Source of the DNA: Malacoraja senta
Lineage: Eukaryota
Reading direction: 5' to 3'
DNA: 64,000 bases
NCBI GenBank assembly: GCA_038087875.1
Contig: CM075978.1
Coordinates: 152,830,001-152,894,000, forward strand
The notes beneath the pieces were generated by a model, which made no database searches, had not been told where the DNA came from, and saw only the letters and a program-made list of their open reading frames with translations. This document shows, in pieces, positions 51,214 through 62,921 of the stretch. Position 1 is the stretch's first letter. Every line of letters begins with the position of its first letter. The position numbers were made by a program, and so were the translations under genes.

Positions 51214-51668
51214 GGGCGGCAAGGTGGCGCAGCGGTAGAGTTGTTGCCTTCCAGCGCCAGAGACCCGGGTTCGATCCTGATTACGTGTGCTGTCTATGCA
51301 AAGTTTGTACGTTCTCCCCATGACCTGCGTGGGTTTTCTCCGAGATCTTCAGTTTCCTCCCACGCTCCAAAGACGTACAGGTTTGTAGGTTGAGGAAGGG
51401 TTTCGACCCGAAATGTTGCCTATTTCCTTCGCTCCATAGATGCTGCCTCACCCGCTGAGTTTCTCCATCATTTTTGTCTACCTCGATTTTCCAGCATCTG
51501 CAGTTCCTTCTTAAGCAGGTTTGTAAGTTAATTGGCTTGATATAAATGTAAATGTATAATTTTCCCTCGTTTGTGTAGGATAGCGTTAGTGTGTGGGGAT
51601 CGCTGGTCGGTGTGGACTCTATGGGCCAAAGTGCCTGTTTCTGCGCTGTATCTCTAAACTAAACTAAA
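51214..51668 (+). mobile_element. Full-length tRNA-derived V-SINE (HE1-like) interrupted by a PLE mini-element at 51392-51515
   Basis: A box TGGCGCAGCGG (51225), B box GGTTCGATCC (51268), V-domain-like gggttttctcc...tttcctcccac, (CTAAA)n tail. The insert is flanked by caggtttgtaggtt and caggtttgtaagtt. Confidence 0.88.
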
Positions 51669-52189
51669 TTTGAGAGAGTTGATGATATCATCTGGTTGAT
51701 AGATCTGTACCTAAGAGGAAATCCAACACTGAGCAAAGCCCCATATTATGGAGGAGACACCAAGCTGTTTCACATGATAGTAAAATGTTCCATTGGAGGA
51801 GGAGTGGGGAGTTCTAAGCTTCTGGCTAACATTTATTTCTCCCTCAGCGTTATAAACAATAGATCATCTGGTTGTTAATCCCATGAAAACAGCAATGAAA
51901 CAAGCCTGTTGACCCACTGACTCTGTGCTGACTAACAAACACTCATTTTTCCACTGATCCTATCCTAACCCATTTTATTTTCTCCATATTCCCATCAACT
52001 ACTCCCAGATTCTACCTCTCACTGACATACCAGAGGGGTTTGAGATGTGGGGAGAAACCAAAACAGCCCCAGGGAAACTTGCAAAGTACACCCAGATAGC
52101 ATCCGAAGTCCATGTGCCACTGAGCCATCTTTATTGTTGTCTGTGAAATTGTGTGACGTATAAGCTGCCATGTTTACTTCTGTTGTCAT

Positions 52190-52716
52190 CAAGTCAAGAG
52201 AGTTTATTGTCATGTGTCCCAGATAGGACAATGAAATTCTTGCTTGCTGCAGCACAACAGAATATTGTAGGCATAAATACAGAACAGTTCAGTGTGTCTA
52301 TATAGCGTAGACCATATATATACACACATAAAGAAACAGATAAAGTGCAATAGGCTGTTTTAGTTCAGAGTTTGTTGTGGCTGTGGGGAAGTTGCTGTTC
52401 CTGAACCTGGATGTACCAGATCTCAAGCTCCTGTACCTTCTACCTGATGGTAGCGGAGAGATGAGTGTGTGGCCAGGATGGTGTGGGTCCTTGATGATGT
52501 TGGCAGCCTATTTGAGGCAGCGACTGCGATAGATCCCTTCGATGGTGGGGAGGTCAGAGCCAATGATGGACTGGGCAGTAGTCACAACTTTCTGCATTAT
52601 TTTCTGCTCCTGAACACTCAAGTTGCCGAACCAAGCCACGATGCAACCAGTCAGCATGCTCTCTACTGTGCACCTGTAGAAGTTCGAGAGAGTCCTCCTT
52701 GACATACCGACTTTCT
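52190..52716 (-). mobile_element. Rex/Babar-like LINE 3' fragment, same family as 23215-23878
   Basis: Near-identical NFYRCTVESMLTGCIVAWFGNLS segment and 3' UTR. Short ends of this family also lie at about 19465-19575 (-) and 25830-25900 (+). Confidence 0.85.
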
Positions 52717-53147
52717 GTCTTGTCGACGAACATTGCCAGGCTGAAGGGGAACGGTGAGCAGTGGGCCATTGAGAATCTAAAAGCAAATGATTTTATCATC
52801 TGAAATGTCGTCTCCTGCTTGGTGGCTTTTCAAATGGACTGATTTCGGGGGTTGAGAGTCAGACAGCATGCAAACAACCAGATGGCCCACCTCATCTGTG
52901 TTGATCAGAGTACTCATCTGGTTCATCCCATTTTCTAGCACTTGGCCCATAGCCTTTTAGCCTCAGCGACACTTGGTCACGTAGACTCTTAAATACTGCC
53001 AACGACTCTGCTTCCACCAGGTAAGTGCCACTTTCTGGGTGCAAAAGGTCCCCCTCCGATTCCGAATGAAGGTTATTCCCAACAGTGAAACAGTGAACAA
53101 GTGTTAGGCAATCGGAAAAATGCAAATCCAGCCCTGTTATAATGCTT

Positions 53148-53331
53148 GTTTAAGAAGGAACTGCAGATGCTGGAAAATCGAAGGTAGACAAAAATGCTGG
53201 AGAAACTCAGCGGGTGAGGCAGCATCTAAGGAGCGAAGGAAATAGGCAAAGTTTTGGGCCAAAACGTTGCCTATTTCCTTAGCTCCATAGATGCTGCCTC
53301 ACCCGCTGAGTTTCTCCAGCATTTTTGTCTA
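53148..53331. mobile_element. Fold-back PLE-derived mini-element with the same architecture as 27399-27580
   Basis: Inverted arms of about 70 bp with 3 mismatches. Direct repeat cctgttataatgctt at 53133-53147 and 53332-53346. Confidence 0.88.
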
Positions 53332-53641
53332 CCTGTTATAATGCTTATTTAGAGAATAATGTGAATGGGATGATTAAAAGGAGACTGGTTATGAATATTA
53401 ATTGTGTGGATATCATGTGCATATCATTCATGACATGCAATCATGAATATTTTTCTAGCATTGTCCTTGCATAAATATTTTCTCTTAACACCTTCAATTC
53501 AGAGTCCCATCATTCAGTAGTTGGGTTCTAAATTTAGACAAGTGCAAAGGTTGGACATTTGACTTTATTGCGAGAGGATTTGGACACAAGAGGAGAGATT
53601 CTTGTTCCAATCATACAGAGCTCGAGAAGGCCACATCGAGA

Positions 53642-54460
53642 TTTTTTATTTTTATTTGTTATTTTTAATTTATTTATTAGAAGCCGTGTACAAAAATATA
53701 ACCAGCGGCATATGACATAATACAGTTATTGTACGGCTTCAAATTTAATTTTTAGCCATAGTTAAGAGAAAAGAAGAGAGAAAAATTAAGAGAGAGAAGT
53801 GGAATGTGCAAGGATAGAACCCCTAGACTACCAAATTGGTGAAGCCAAATAGTGAGTAAGTAAAAGAAATTAGGAAGACGTCGAGAAATAAAAAGACAAA
53901 AACAGAAAGAAAAACAAAAGGTGATGATATACCTGCTTCGTATCCCTCCCCACCCATCACCCATCACCCAGCCCGTAATTAGATGTAATTCCAAAATTGT
54001 GTTGCACCATACTATCCTTGTAAGAAACCAATGAATGGTGTCCATGTCTTCGCAAAACGCTCTGGTTTTTCTGCTAAGACGAGTCTAATATTTTCAAGAT
54101 GTGGCGTCTCAGACATGTTTGTAATCCACATTTTAAGAGTAGGGACAGATGTATGTTTCCAAAATTTGAGTATAAGCTTTTTCACTGTTATCAGACCATA
54201 ATTGAGGAAAAGTCTTTGAAATATTGATAGCTCAGAGCAGGCTTCTGACGTACCTAGAATAATCTGTTCCGTGTCGGGGTCCAGTTTTGTTTTTAATGTT
54301 TTTGAGAGAATTTCAAAAATTTCTCTCCAAAAGTTATGTAATTTTATGCAAGAGGCGAAGGAATGTGTTCTAGTTGCTTCTTGAAGGAGACATTTGTCAC
54401 AAATAGGAGATACATTTGGAAAGATCTTATTCAGTTTAGACTTTGAATAGTAGAGTCTAT
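53642..54460 (-). mobile_element. L1-clade LINE 3' fragment nested in an older CR1-like fragment
   Basis: Minus strand encodes RLYYSKSKLNKIFPNVSPICDKC, similar to the C-terminus of the 12.8-kb L1. T-rich tail at the left end. TSD cacatcgaga at 53632-53641 and 54461-54470. Confidence 0.88.
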
Positions 54461-57375
54461 CACATCGAGAATCTTGTTCAAAAGTCCAAAGGAAAGATAT
54501 ACTTGAGAGAGAGGGAGTGAGTGAATGATCATTAGATTGAGTATTTGGCTGGTGAGTTGTTGCACAAGGGGAAATTAACCAGGTTAGGCCCGAATTCTGG
54601 AGACACGAGAGACTTCAGATGCTGGAATCGGAAGCAAAAGGCAAGCGGCAGCAGCAAGCCAGTGGGTTACACGGCATCTGTGCAGGCACAAGCATAGTCA
54701 ACATTTTGGGTTTGTACCCTGCATCTGGATACTGTCCAGACCCAAAATGTTGCCTCTCCTTTAGCCTCCACGTCTGCAGCCTAACCCGCTAGGCCTGTAC
54801 TCTGAGATGAGAAGAATGGAAATGATTTTCCTGAAATAGTCAACATTCTCAAGGTACTTCATAGAGTAGATGACTCGAATCATAGAGTCGATGAGCCGTT
54901 GATGTTTCCCTTGGGTGTGGTATCCAGAACCAGGGGTCACGGTGCCAAAATAAGGGGTTGTCCATTCAAGATCGATTCCATAACGATTTCTTTAGCCGGT
55001 GAACAGGCCATCTTTGAGATTCATTGTCCAACACTTGTGGAGACTCGGGTGCAGAGGAAATCCAAGACACTGATACAGCTTTTAATTATTAAAGGAATTG
55101 TGGGATAAGGTGTGTCCTTCTATTTCTGTCACTTACCAAGGTCCAATTGAGTGATAAAGCAGCATAAAGGGCAGCATGGAGGAACTGCAGCTTACAGCCC
55201 AGTGGTATGAATATTGATTTATCTCACCAGGTAACCCCGGCATTCCCTCTCTATCCCTCCCCCACCCAAGTCGCACTGGCTTCTCATTTCCACCCTACAA
55301 ACAGCTAATAATGGCCTTTCCTTTATCATCATTACTTTTTTTGCATATCTTTCATTCATTGTTCTTTATCTCTCCATATCACCGTCTATATCTCACATTT
55401 CCCTTATCCCAAACCAGTCAGAAGAAGGGTCTTGACCCGAAACGTCACCCATTCCTTCTCTCCAGAGATATTGCCTGTCCTGCTGAGTTTCTCCAGCTTT
55501 TTGTGTCTGTCTTCAGCATGAAGGGTCAGTTGGCTACTTAGTTTAGTTTAGAGATACAGCATGGGACTGGCGGCCATTCGGCCCATTCCATCCACACTGA
55601 CCATCGATCATGATGAGTGCACATTGGTTCTATGGGATCCCACTTTCCCATCCACTGCCTGCTCACTGGGGCAATTTACAGAGGCCAATTAACCAACAAT
55701 CCTACATGTCTTTAGGATGTGGGAGGAAACCAGAGCACCCGGAAGAAACTTGCGTGGTCACAGGAAGAATATGCAAACTCCACACAGACAGCTCCCGAGG
55801 TCAGGATTGAACCCGGGTCTTGGCACTGTGAGGCAGCAGCTTTACCAGCTGCACCACCCTGCTGCTACTCTTGTTTTATTTATTGTGATCATTCAAGAAA
55901 TGAAAGACATGCAATTTGCAGATGAAATATATATTTCGGTTTATTTGGCAAATAAAATCATGAAAGGCAGAAATGGGGTGAACACAACAGTCTTTACCTG
56001 AGGAAGGGGAAATGAAAACTCGCAGTGAGAAGGGAAAGATTTCAAAGGGACATGAGAGGCAACTTTTCACATAGAGGGTGGTGCTTATAAAACAAGCTGC
56101 TGGAGCACCTCATATTTTGCTTGGGCAGTTTACAACCCAGCGGTATGGATATTAATTTCTCTAACTTCAAATAACCCTTGATTTCCCTCTCTCTGCATGC
56201 CGCCCCCCCCCCCCCATCCAAGTTGTACCAAGTCATTGTACAAGCTTCAAAGTCGTCTTGTTGAGTTTCATTGTCTGTAACTCATTTTCACCTTTCCCGC
56301 AGCTCACAATGGCCTGCTACCTTTATCATCGTTCATTTTTTGCATGTCTTTCATTCATTTGTTCTGTATCTCTCTATATCACTGTCTTTTTCTCTCGTTT
56401 TCCTTTCCCCCGACTCTCAGTCTGAAGAAGCGTCTAGACCTGAATCATCACCTATTTCTTTTCTCCAGAGATGCTGCCTGACCCGCTGAGTTACTCCAGC
56501 TTTTTGTGGCTATCTTCAGTTTAAATCAGCATCTGCAGTTCCTTCCTACTCAAGCTGCAAGAGAAAGTGGTTGAGGCAGGCACTATAGCAACGTTTATAA
56601 GATACTTGGGCAGATACATGGAGAGAAAGGTTTAGACGTACAAGAGCTTGGCACAGCCAAATGAGGATGAACTTCTCTGGCTATCTTGGTCGGCATGGAC
56701 AAGTTTGATCAAAGGTCCTTTTTCTATGCTGTATCAATTTAAGAAATAAATAATTGTTGTGCTGTCTTGTAAATAAACCTCTGTCTTGACCTGAAACATC
56801 ACCTATCCCTTCGCTCCATAGATGCTGCCTCACCCGCTGAGTTTCTCCAGCATTTTTATCTACCTTCCATCTCTTTGGAGATTTATTTGAATGCATTCAG
56901 AAGAAAATAATGAATAGATTTAATCAACCTTATGATTAGCAAATGATTAAATCTTTATGATGGGATGAAAGAATGTTTTTTTTAATGATAGACAATATAA
57001 TTCTTTCATAAATAACTTTCGGTTATGCGTCACAAAGGGGTATTGCACCGTTTGTTCAGTTACATATGGATCTCTTTTGTTGCATTGATTGCTGGGGCAA
57101 AGTTTCAAGATGCTCTCGTGGAACAGCGTTGGATCCGAGAACACAGAAAGTGAAACATTGCTGTGTCATCTGGCCTTGCGTAACAATATTTGTCAGCAAA
57201 CTGCATTGGTCTAGATTTTGCAGTTAGCAGTGAAGCAACCGCCTTTCTCGCAGACTGGGAAATATTCCTCTCAAAGGTACACAGATCTTTGGGGGTGAGA
57301 ATAGTCACTGGCCTCTGCTGTCGGGTGCATGGGAACACTGACAATGACTTGTTCCTGAATGGTACAAACAAAGTC

Positions 57376-58747
57376 CTGTCTCTCTCTCTGTGTCTGTCTC
57401 TGTGCGTCTGTCTCTGTGCGTCTGTCTCTGTGCGTCTGTCTCTGTGCGTCTGTCTCTGTGCGTCTGTCTCTGTGCGTCTGTCTCTGTGCGTCTGTCTCTG
57501 TGCGTCTGTCTCTGTGCGTCTGTCTCTGTGCGTCTGTCTCTGTGCGTCTGTCTCTGTGCGTCTGTCTCTGTGCGTCTGTCTCTGTGCGTCTGTCTCTGTG
57601 CGTCTGTCTCTGTGCGTCTGTGTCTGTGTCTGTGCGTCTGTGTCTGTGCGTCTGTGTCTGTGCGTCTGTGTCTGTGCGTCTGTGTCTGTGCGTCTGTGTC
57701 TGTGCGTCTGTGTCTGTGCGTCTGTGTCTGTGCGTCTGTGTCTGTGCGTCTGTGTCTGTGCGTCTGTGTCTGTGCGTCTGTGTCTGTGCGTCTGTGTCTG
57801 TGCGTCTGTGTCTGTGCGTCTGTGTCTGTGCGTCTGTCTGTGCGTCTGTCTCTGTGCGTCTGTCTCTGTGCGTCTGTCTCTGTGCGTCTGTGTCTGTGCG
57901 TCTGTGCGTCTGTGCGTCTGTGTCTGTGCGTCTGTGTCTGTGCGTCTGTGCGTCTGTGTCTGTGCGTCTGTGTCTGTGCGTCTGTGTCTGTGCGTCTGTG
58001 TCTGTGTCTGTGCGTCTGCGTCTGTGCGTCTGTGTCTGCGTCTGTCTGTGCGTCTGTCTCTGCGCGTCTGTCTCTGCGCGTCTGTCTCTGCGCGTCTGTC
58101 TCTGCGCGTCTGCCTCTGCGCGTCTGCCTCTGCGCGTCTGCCTCTGCGCGTCTGCCTCTGCGCGTCTGCCTCTGCGCGTCTGCCTCTGCGCGTCTGCCTC
58201 TGCGCGTCTGCCTCTGCGCGTCTGCCTCTGCGCGTCTGCCTCTGCGCGTCTGCCTCTGCGCGTCTGCCTCTGCGCGTCTGCCTCTGCGCGTCTGCCTCTG
58301 CGCGTCTGCCTCTGCGCGTCTGCCTCTGCGCGTCTGCCTCTGCGCGTCTGCCTCTGCGCGTCTGCCTCTGCGCGTCTGCCTCTGCGCGTCTGCCTCTGTG
58401 CGTCTGCCTCTGTGCGTCTGCCTCTGTGCGTCTGCCTCTGTGCGTCTGCCTCTGTGCGTCTGCCTCTGTGCGTCTGCCTCTGTGCGTCTGCCTCTGTGCG
58501 TCTGCCTCTGTGCGTCTGCCTCTGTGCGTCTGCCTCTGTGCGTCTGCCTCTGTGCGTCTGCCTCTGTGCGTCTGTCTGCGTCTGTCTCTCTGCGTCTGTC
58601 TCTCTGCGTCTGTGTCTGTGCGTCTGTCTGTGCGTCTGTCTCTGTGCGTCTGTCTCTGTGCGTCTGTCTCTGTGCGTCTGTCTCTGTGCGTCTGTCTCTG
58701 TGCGTCTGTCTCTGTGCGCCTGCCTGCCTCTGTGCGCCCGTCTCTCT
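57376..58747 (+). repeat. 1.37-kb 14-bp-unit satellite (TCTGYGCGTCTGYS)n arranged in variant blocks
   Basis: Blocks of tctgtgcgtctgtc, tctgtgcgtctgtg, tctgcgcgtctgcc and tctgtgcgtctgcc, then a return to tctgtgcgtctgtc. Confidence 0.97.
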
Positions 58748-59793
58748 ATCCCGCATACTGCCCCACCCCAACTCACTTTTGTACAGTTTGGTGCACGGAC
58801 AACTTTAATTTAGTTTAGAGATACAGGGTAGAAACAGGCCCTTCGGCCCACCGAGTCCACACTGACCAGCACTTAACACTATACTACATACACAATTTTA
58901 CATTTAGTTTAGAGCCAATTAGCCTACAAACCTGTACGTCTTTGGAGTGAACTTCCTCAACAGTCTTTAAAATATGGTGGAACATAAACGATAGTTACTG
59001 CTGAGATGAGTTTATGCTGAGTGCAACTAACACCTCTTGTTTTAAAGAGGCAAAAACCCATTATGGGATTAAGTTCGAGACCCAGTGAGTCGCTTTGTAA
59101 GGATTGTATTTCTTTATAAATGTCTTCAACTGTTGCAATTGTGAAAAACTACTCTCAGCAAGAAGCTGATATTTGTAACCGTTTTAACTGTCTGGCGTCC
59201 TGTGGGACGGAGGTTGTGTGCATTTGATGAATGGAATCATCTCATGTGTCACTCCATCAGCTCTCTCGCTGAATAGTTTCCCTTCAGTAAGTGGAGACAA
59301 CCCATCCCCCCACCTTCAGGCCTGACCAATGGCGCCTTTGTGCCCATTCCACACTCTGATTTGAAAGGATGACGACAATGGAATTAATGGCTAGGGACCA
59401 ACTAAAAGCAACAACATTTCATCCTTTATCATTGCCGGATTACTTTTGTATGCAGGGTGTAAAATTCATAAAATTAACTTGGTAATGAAATATTCTGTTA
59501 TTTTCAGTCGTATTTATTTTATAACTAGAATTCTTGATGTGAAACAAGAGAATAAAGCATTCATAGGGTTATCAAGCACAGAAACAGCGTCTTATGCTCT
59601 AGTCATCCATTCTGATCAAGGTGTCTTCCTCAACTAATCCCATTTGCCTGCATTTGGTCTGTATCACTCTGAATGTTTCTTATCCATGTACTAATCCGAA
59701 TGTCTTTTAAATGTTGTAATTGTACCTACCTCTGCCATTTCCTCTGGCAGCTCATTCCATATAGCCACCACCTTCTGTGTAGAAAGAACTTAA

Positions 59794-60511
59794 TGGGCCT
59801 GTCACACTTAGGTGACTTTTTAGGCGACTACAGGAGACTATGCGGTCGCGGGTGGTTGTCGGGGAGTCACCTTCATGGTCGTGAGGAGTTCCCGCATTCT
59901 TGGAACTAGTCGTGGCTTCATTCTGGTCGCCGCTAATTTTTCAACATTTTGAAGCCGCCATGGAGAGTAGCGAGTGGTAGTGGATTGCCAGGAGGTCATA
60001 GGTTGTAGCCGGTGCTGACTTGTGAATTTCATTGGCACATTGGGAGAAAAAAATGTAAACAGTAGTTTTCAGAACCAAGGATACCGACCGGTAATGTTAA
60101 ATGTCTGCTGAGCTTCACAGCCATGTATCTCTGGCTTCTTAAAAGTTGTCTCCTTCTCGCCCTCCCCCCCCCCCCCCTTCTCTGCCCCTCTCCACACACC
60201 CCTATTTTAAAGGACTTAAGTGGCCCTTGCCGTACACTGTGCTTTCACCGTCTTAATTACAGCGCCAACCTTCCTGTTCATCGCGGTGTGTGTCTGTATC
60301 ACATTGGCTTTGCACCGTGTGAATTACACTCAGACAGCGCTCCCCCCGCTTGCCCTGTCCCCCACCTGCATAACGGGCTGGTGAAGGAAGGGATGTGTGT
60401 GTGTGTTCCACAATGACAGTTGCCGTTCCAGTCGCCGTTTTTTCAGCGACCTGCTACGACTTGACAGTCACCGGCAGTCACCTGAAAACTCGCCCAAGTG
60501 GGACTGGCCCA
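59794..60511. mobile_element. PIF/Harbinger-type non-autonomous element (second family), nested in CR1
   Basis: TIRs tgggcctgtcacacttaggtga and tcgcccaagtgggactggccca. TAA TSD on both sides. Confidence 0.85.
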
Positions 60512-60964
60512 TAACTCTCAGATCCCCTTTTAAATCTTTACCCTCTCACGTTAAAACTATGCCCTCGTATTTTAGATTATTCTTCCCTGGGGAAAAAGTC
60601 GACCTTTGATCTTGGGTAGATAATCGTGATTTTCTAAATCTCTACAAGGTCATTCCTTAGCCTCCGTCTCCACAGGGAAAACAGTCCCACCTATTCATTC
60701 TCTCTCATATACCCCTGCAGTTCTGTCAACAGCCTTGTGAATCTTTTCTGCACCCTCTCTTGGTTAATCACATCCTCTAGTGTATCTACAAGAACTGCAC
60801 ACAATGTTCCTGCTACAGTGCCACCAACATATTATTCAGCTGTAATATACATTTCCAGGGTTTGCACTCCATCTGATGAAGCCAAACATACCATGTACTT
60901 CTCCACCTGTTGCCTACCCTTGTCACCACTTTCATAAAATGGTGTACTTGATTCCCTAGTTCTT

Positions 60965-62652
60965 AGTTTGGAGAAAAAGCATGGAAATAAGCCCTTTGGC
61001 CCACCAAGTCTGCACGCGAGCACTATCCTCCAGACACAATGTTATCAAGCCGATTAACATACAAACCCGTACATCTTTGGAGTGTGGGAGGAAACCGGAG
61101 CTCCCGGAGAAAACCCACTCATGTCATGGGGAGAACGTGCAAACTCTGTGTAGACAAGCACCCGTAGTCAGATTTGAACCCAGATCTGTGGCGCTGCAAG
61201 GCAGCAACTCTACCGCTGCGCCACCATGCTGTCCCAGTTCTCTCTGTTCTACAGCACTCCCCAGGACCCTGTCTTTCACAGTGCACAGCTCTGATATATT
61301 CTCAAAATGTTCTCACTTCATACTTGTCGAAGTTAAAATCCATCTGTCATGCTTTGGCCCACTTTCTCAGTTCATCCCAAATCCTGCTATAGTCTTAGTC
61401 AACCTTTTTCACTGTCCACCACATCACCAATTTTGGTGTTATCAGCAATCATATTTCTCATGTCATCTGCATTCTGATCAAAGTCATTAATATATCGGAC
61501 AAACAACAGTGGATCCAGCAATGATCCCTGCAACACATCCCTAGGCCGAGACCATTGGTCTGAAAAAAAAGGACAACCTTCCACTACCATTCCCTGGCTC
61601 CTTCCACCAACCAATTTATGAATAATAGGCGAGCTCAGCCTGGATCTCATCTGATCTAACCTTGTAGATTGGCCTACCATGCAGGACCTTGTCCAAAGCC
61701 TTGCTCAAGTTCACATAGTCAATGTATAGTTTAGGCTTTATAGATACAGCGCGGATACAGGCCCTTCGGCCCACCGAGATCCCTGCATATTAACACAAGC
61801 CTACACACACTGGGGACAATTTACACTTACACCAAGTATACAAACCCAAGCCAATTAACTTACAAACCTGTACATCTTTGGAGTGTGGGAGGAAACTGAA
61901 GATCTCTGAGAATACTCATGCGGTCACGGGGAGAACGTACAAACTGTACGGACAGCACCTGTAGTTGGGATCGAACCCTAGTCTCCGGCACTGCAAGTTC
62001 TGCAAGGCAGCAACTCTATCGCTGCGCCACCGTGCCGCCCTTGTCCTCGTCAATCTCTTGGTCAGTTCTTCCAGAAGAATTTCCATCAAATTCATGAAAT
62101 ACAATTCTCCATATACAAAGCCATGCTGACTATCCCCGAACCCAGTCTTTGCTTCTCAATGCAGGTAGATTCTGACTTTTGGGCACTAATGGTGAAAATA
62201 CAGACAGTAAATGAATGCCGAAAGACTGTAAACACAAAGTCTGAAAATTGTGTTTTCTTTGTTCTGATTAAGGGTTCCAAACTTGCAATATTATCTTTCT
62301 CTTTCTACCAATTCTACCTGCTTCGTGTTTCCAGCAATTTTGTTTTTTATTTATAAAAAAAATAAACATTTAGTTTATTGATGCAGTGTGGAAACAGGCC
62401 CTTCGGTCCACCGAGTTAGCACCGAGCAGCGATCCCTGCACAGTAACGTCTACACACACCAGGGACAATTTTACCAAGCCAATTAACCTACAAACCTGTA
62501 CGTCTTTGGAGTGTAGGAGCAAACGTGAGCACCTGGAGAAAACCCACGCAAGTCGCGGGTAGAACATACGAACTCTGTGCAGACAGCACCCGTAGTCGGG
62601 ATCAAACCCCTGTCACTGGCATTGTAAAGCAGCAACTCTACCACTGTGCCAT
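60965..62652 (-). mobile_element. Three V-SINEs (60965-61228, 61730-62040, 62370-62652); the first two are inserted into an old CR1-like LINE
   Basis: Each copy has a tail, V-domain and tRNA-like head. Intervening DNA encodes CR1-type RT (QGSLLDPLLFVRYIND...IADNTKIG). Confidence 0.82.
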
Positions 62653-62921
62653 AACTTAGAACTTAAGCTTTGAGCTTTGTGTCTATAGTAGTTTGTCGTG
62701 GGGAGCCAACCACTGCGACTGTTCGTTCGCTCGCTCGCTCGTGTCAGTCGACGCATAGCTCACTGTTGGCTTCCGCCATCGTCGTGACTGTGAACAGTGG
62801 TGACTATGCATCCTGAAGGATTTGGAAAGGTAGTTGTAGAGAGTTGAATGTAAAACTAGATCACACCCTTCTTAAAAACTGGTGGTTGTCCATTTAAGAT
62901 GGAGATGATTTTGCTCACTCA

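Noticed and set aside
51214-51285. tRNA gene
   Set aside because: A and B boxes are present, but the sequence continues into a V-domain and LINE-like tail and recurs many times, so it is a SINE head.
57190-58818. Five overlapping ORFs of 470-540 aa
   Set aside because: Artefacts of a stop-free 14-bp satellite, giving periodic translations in several frames on both strands.
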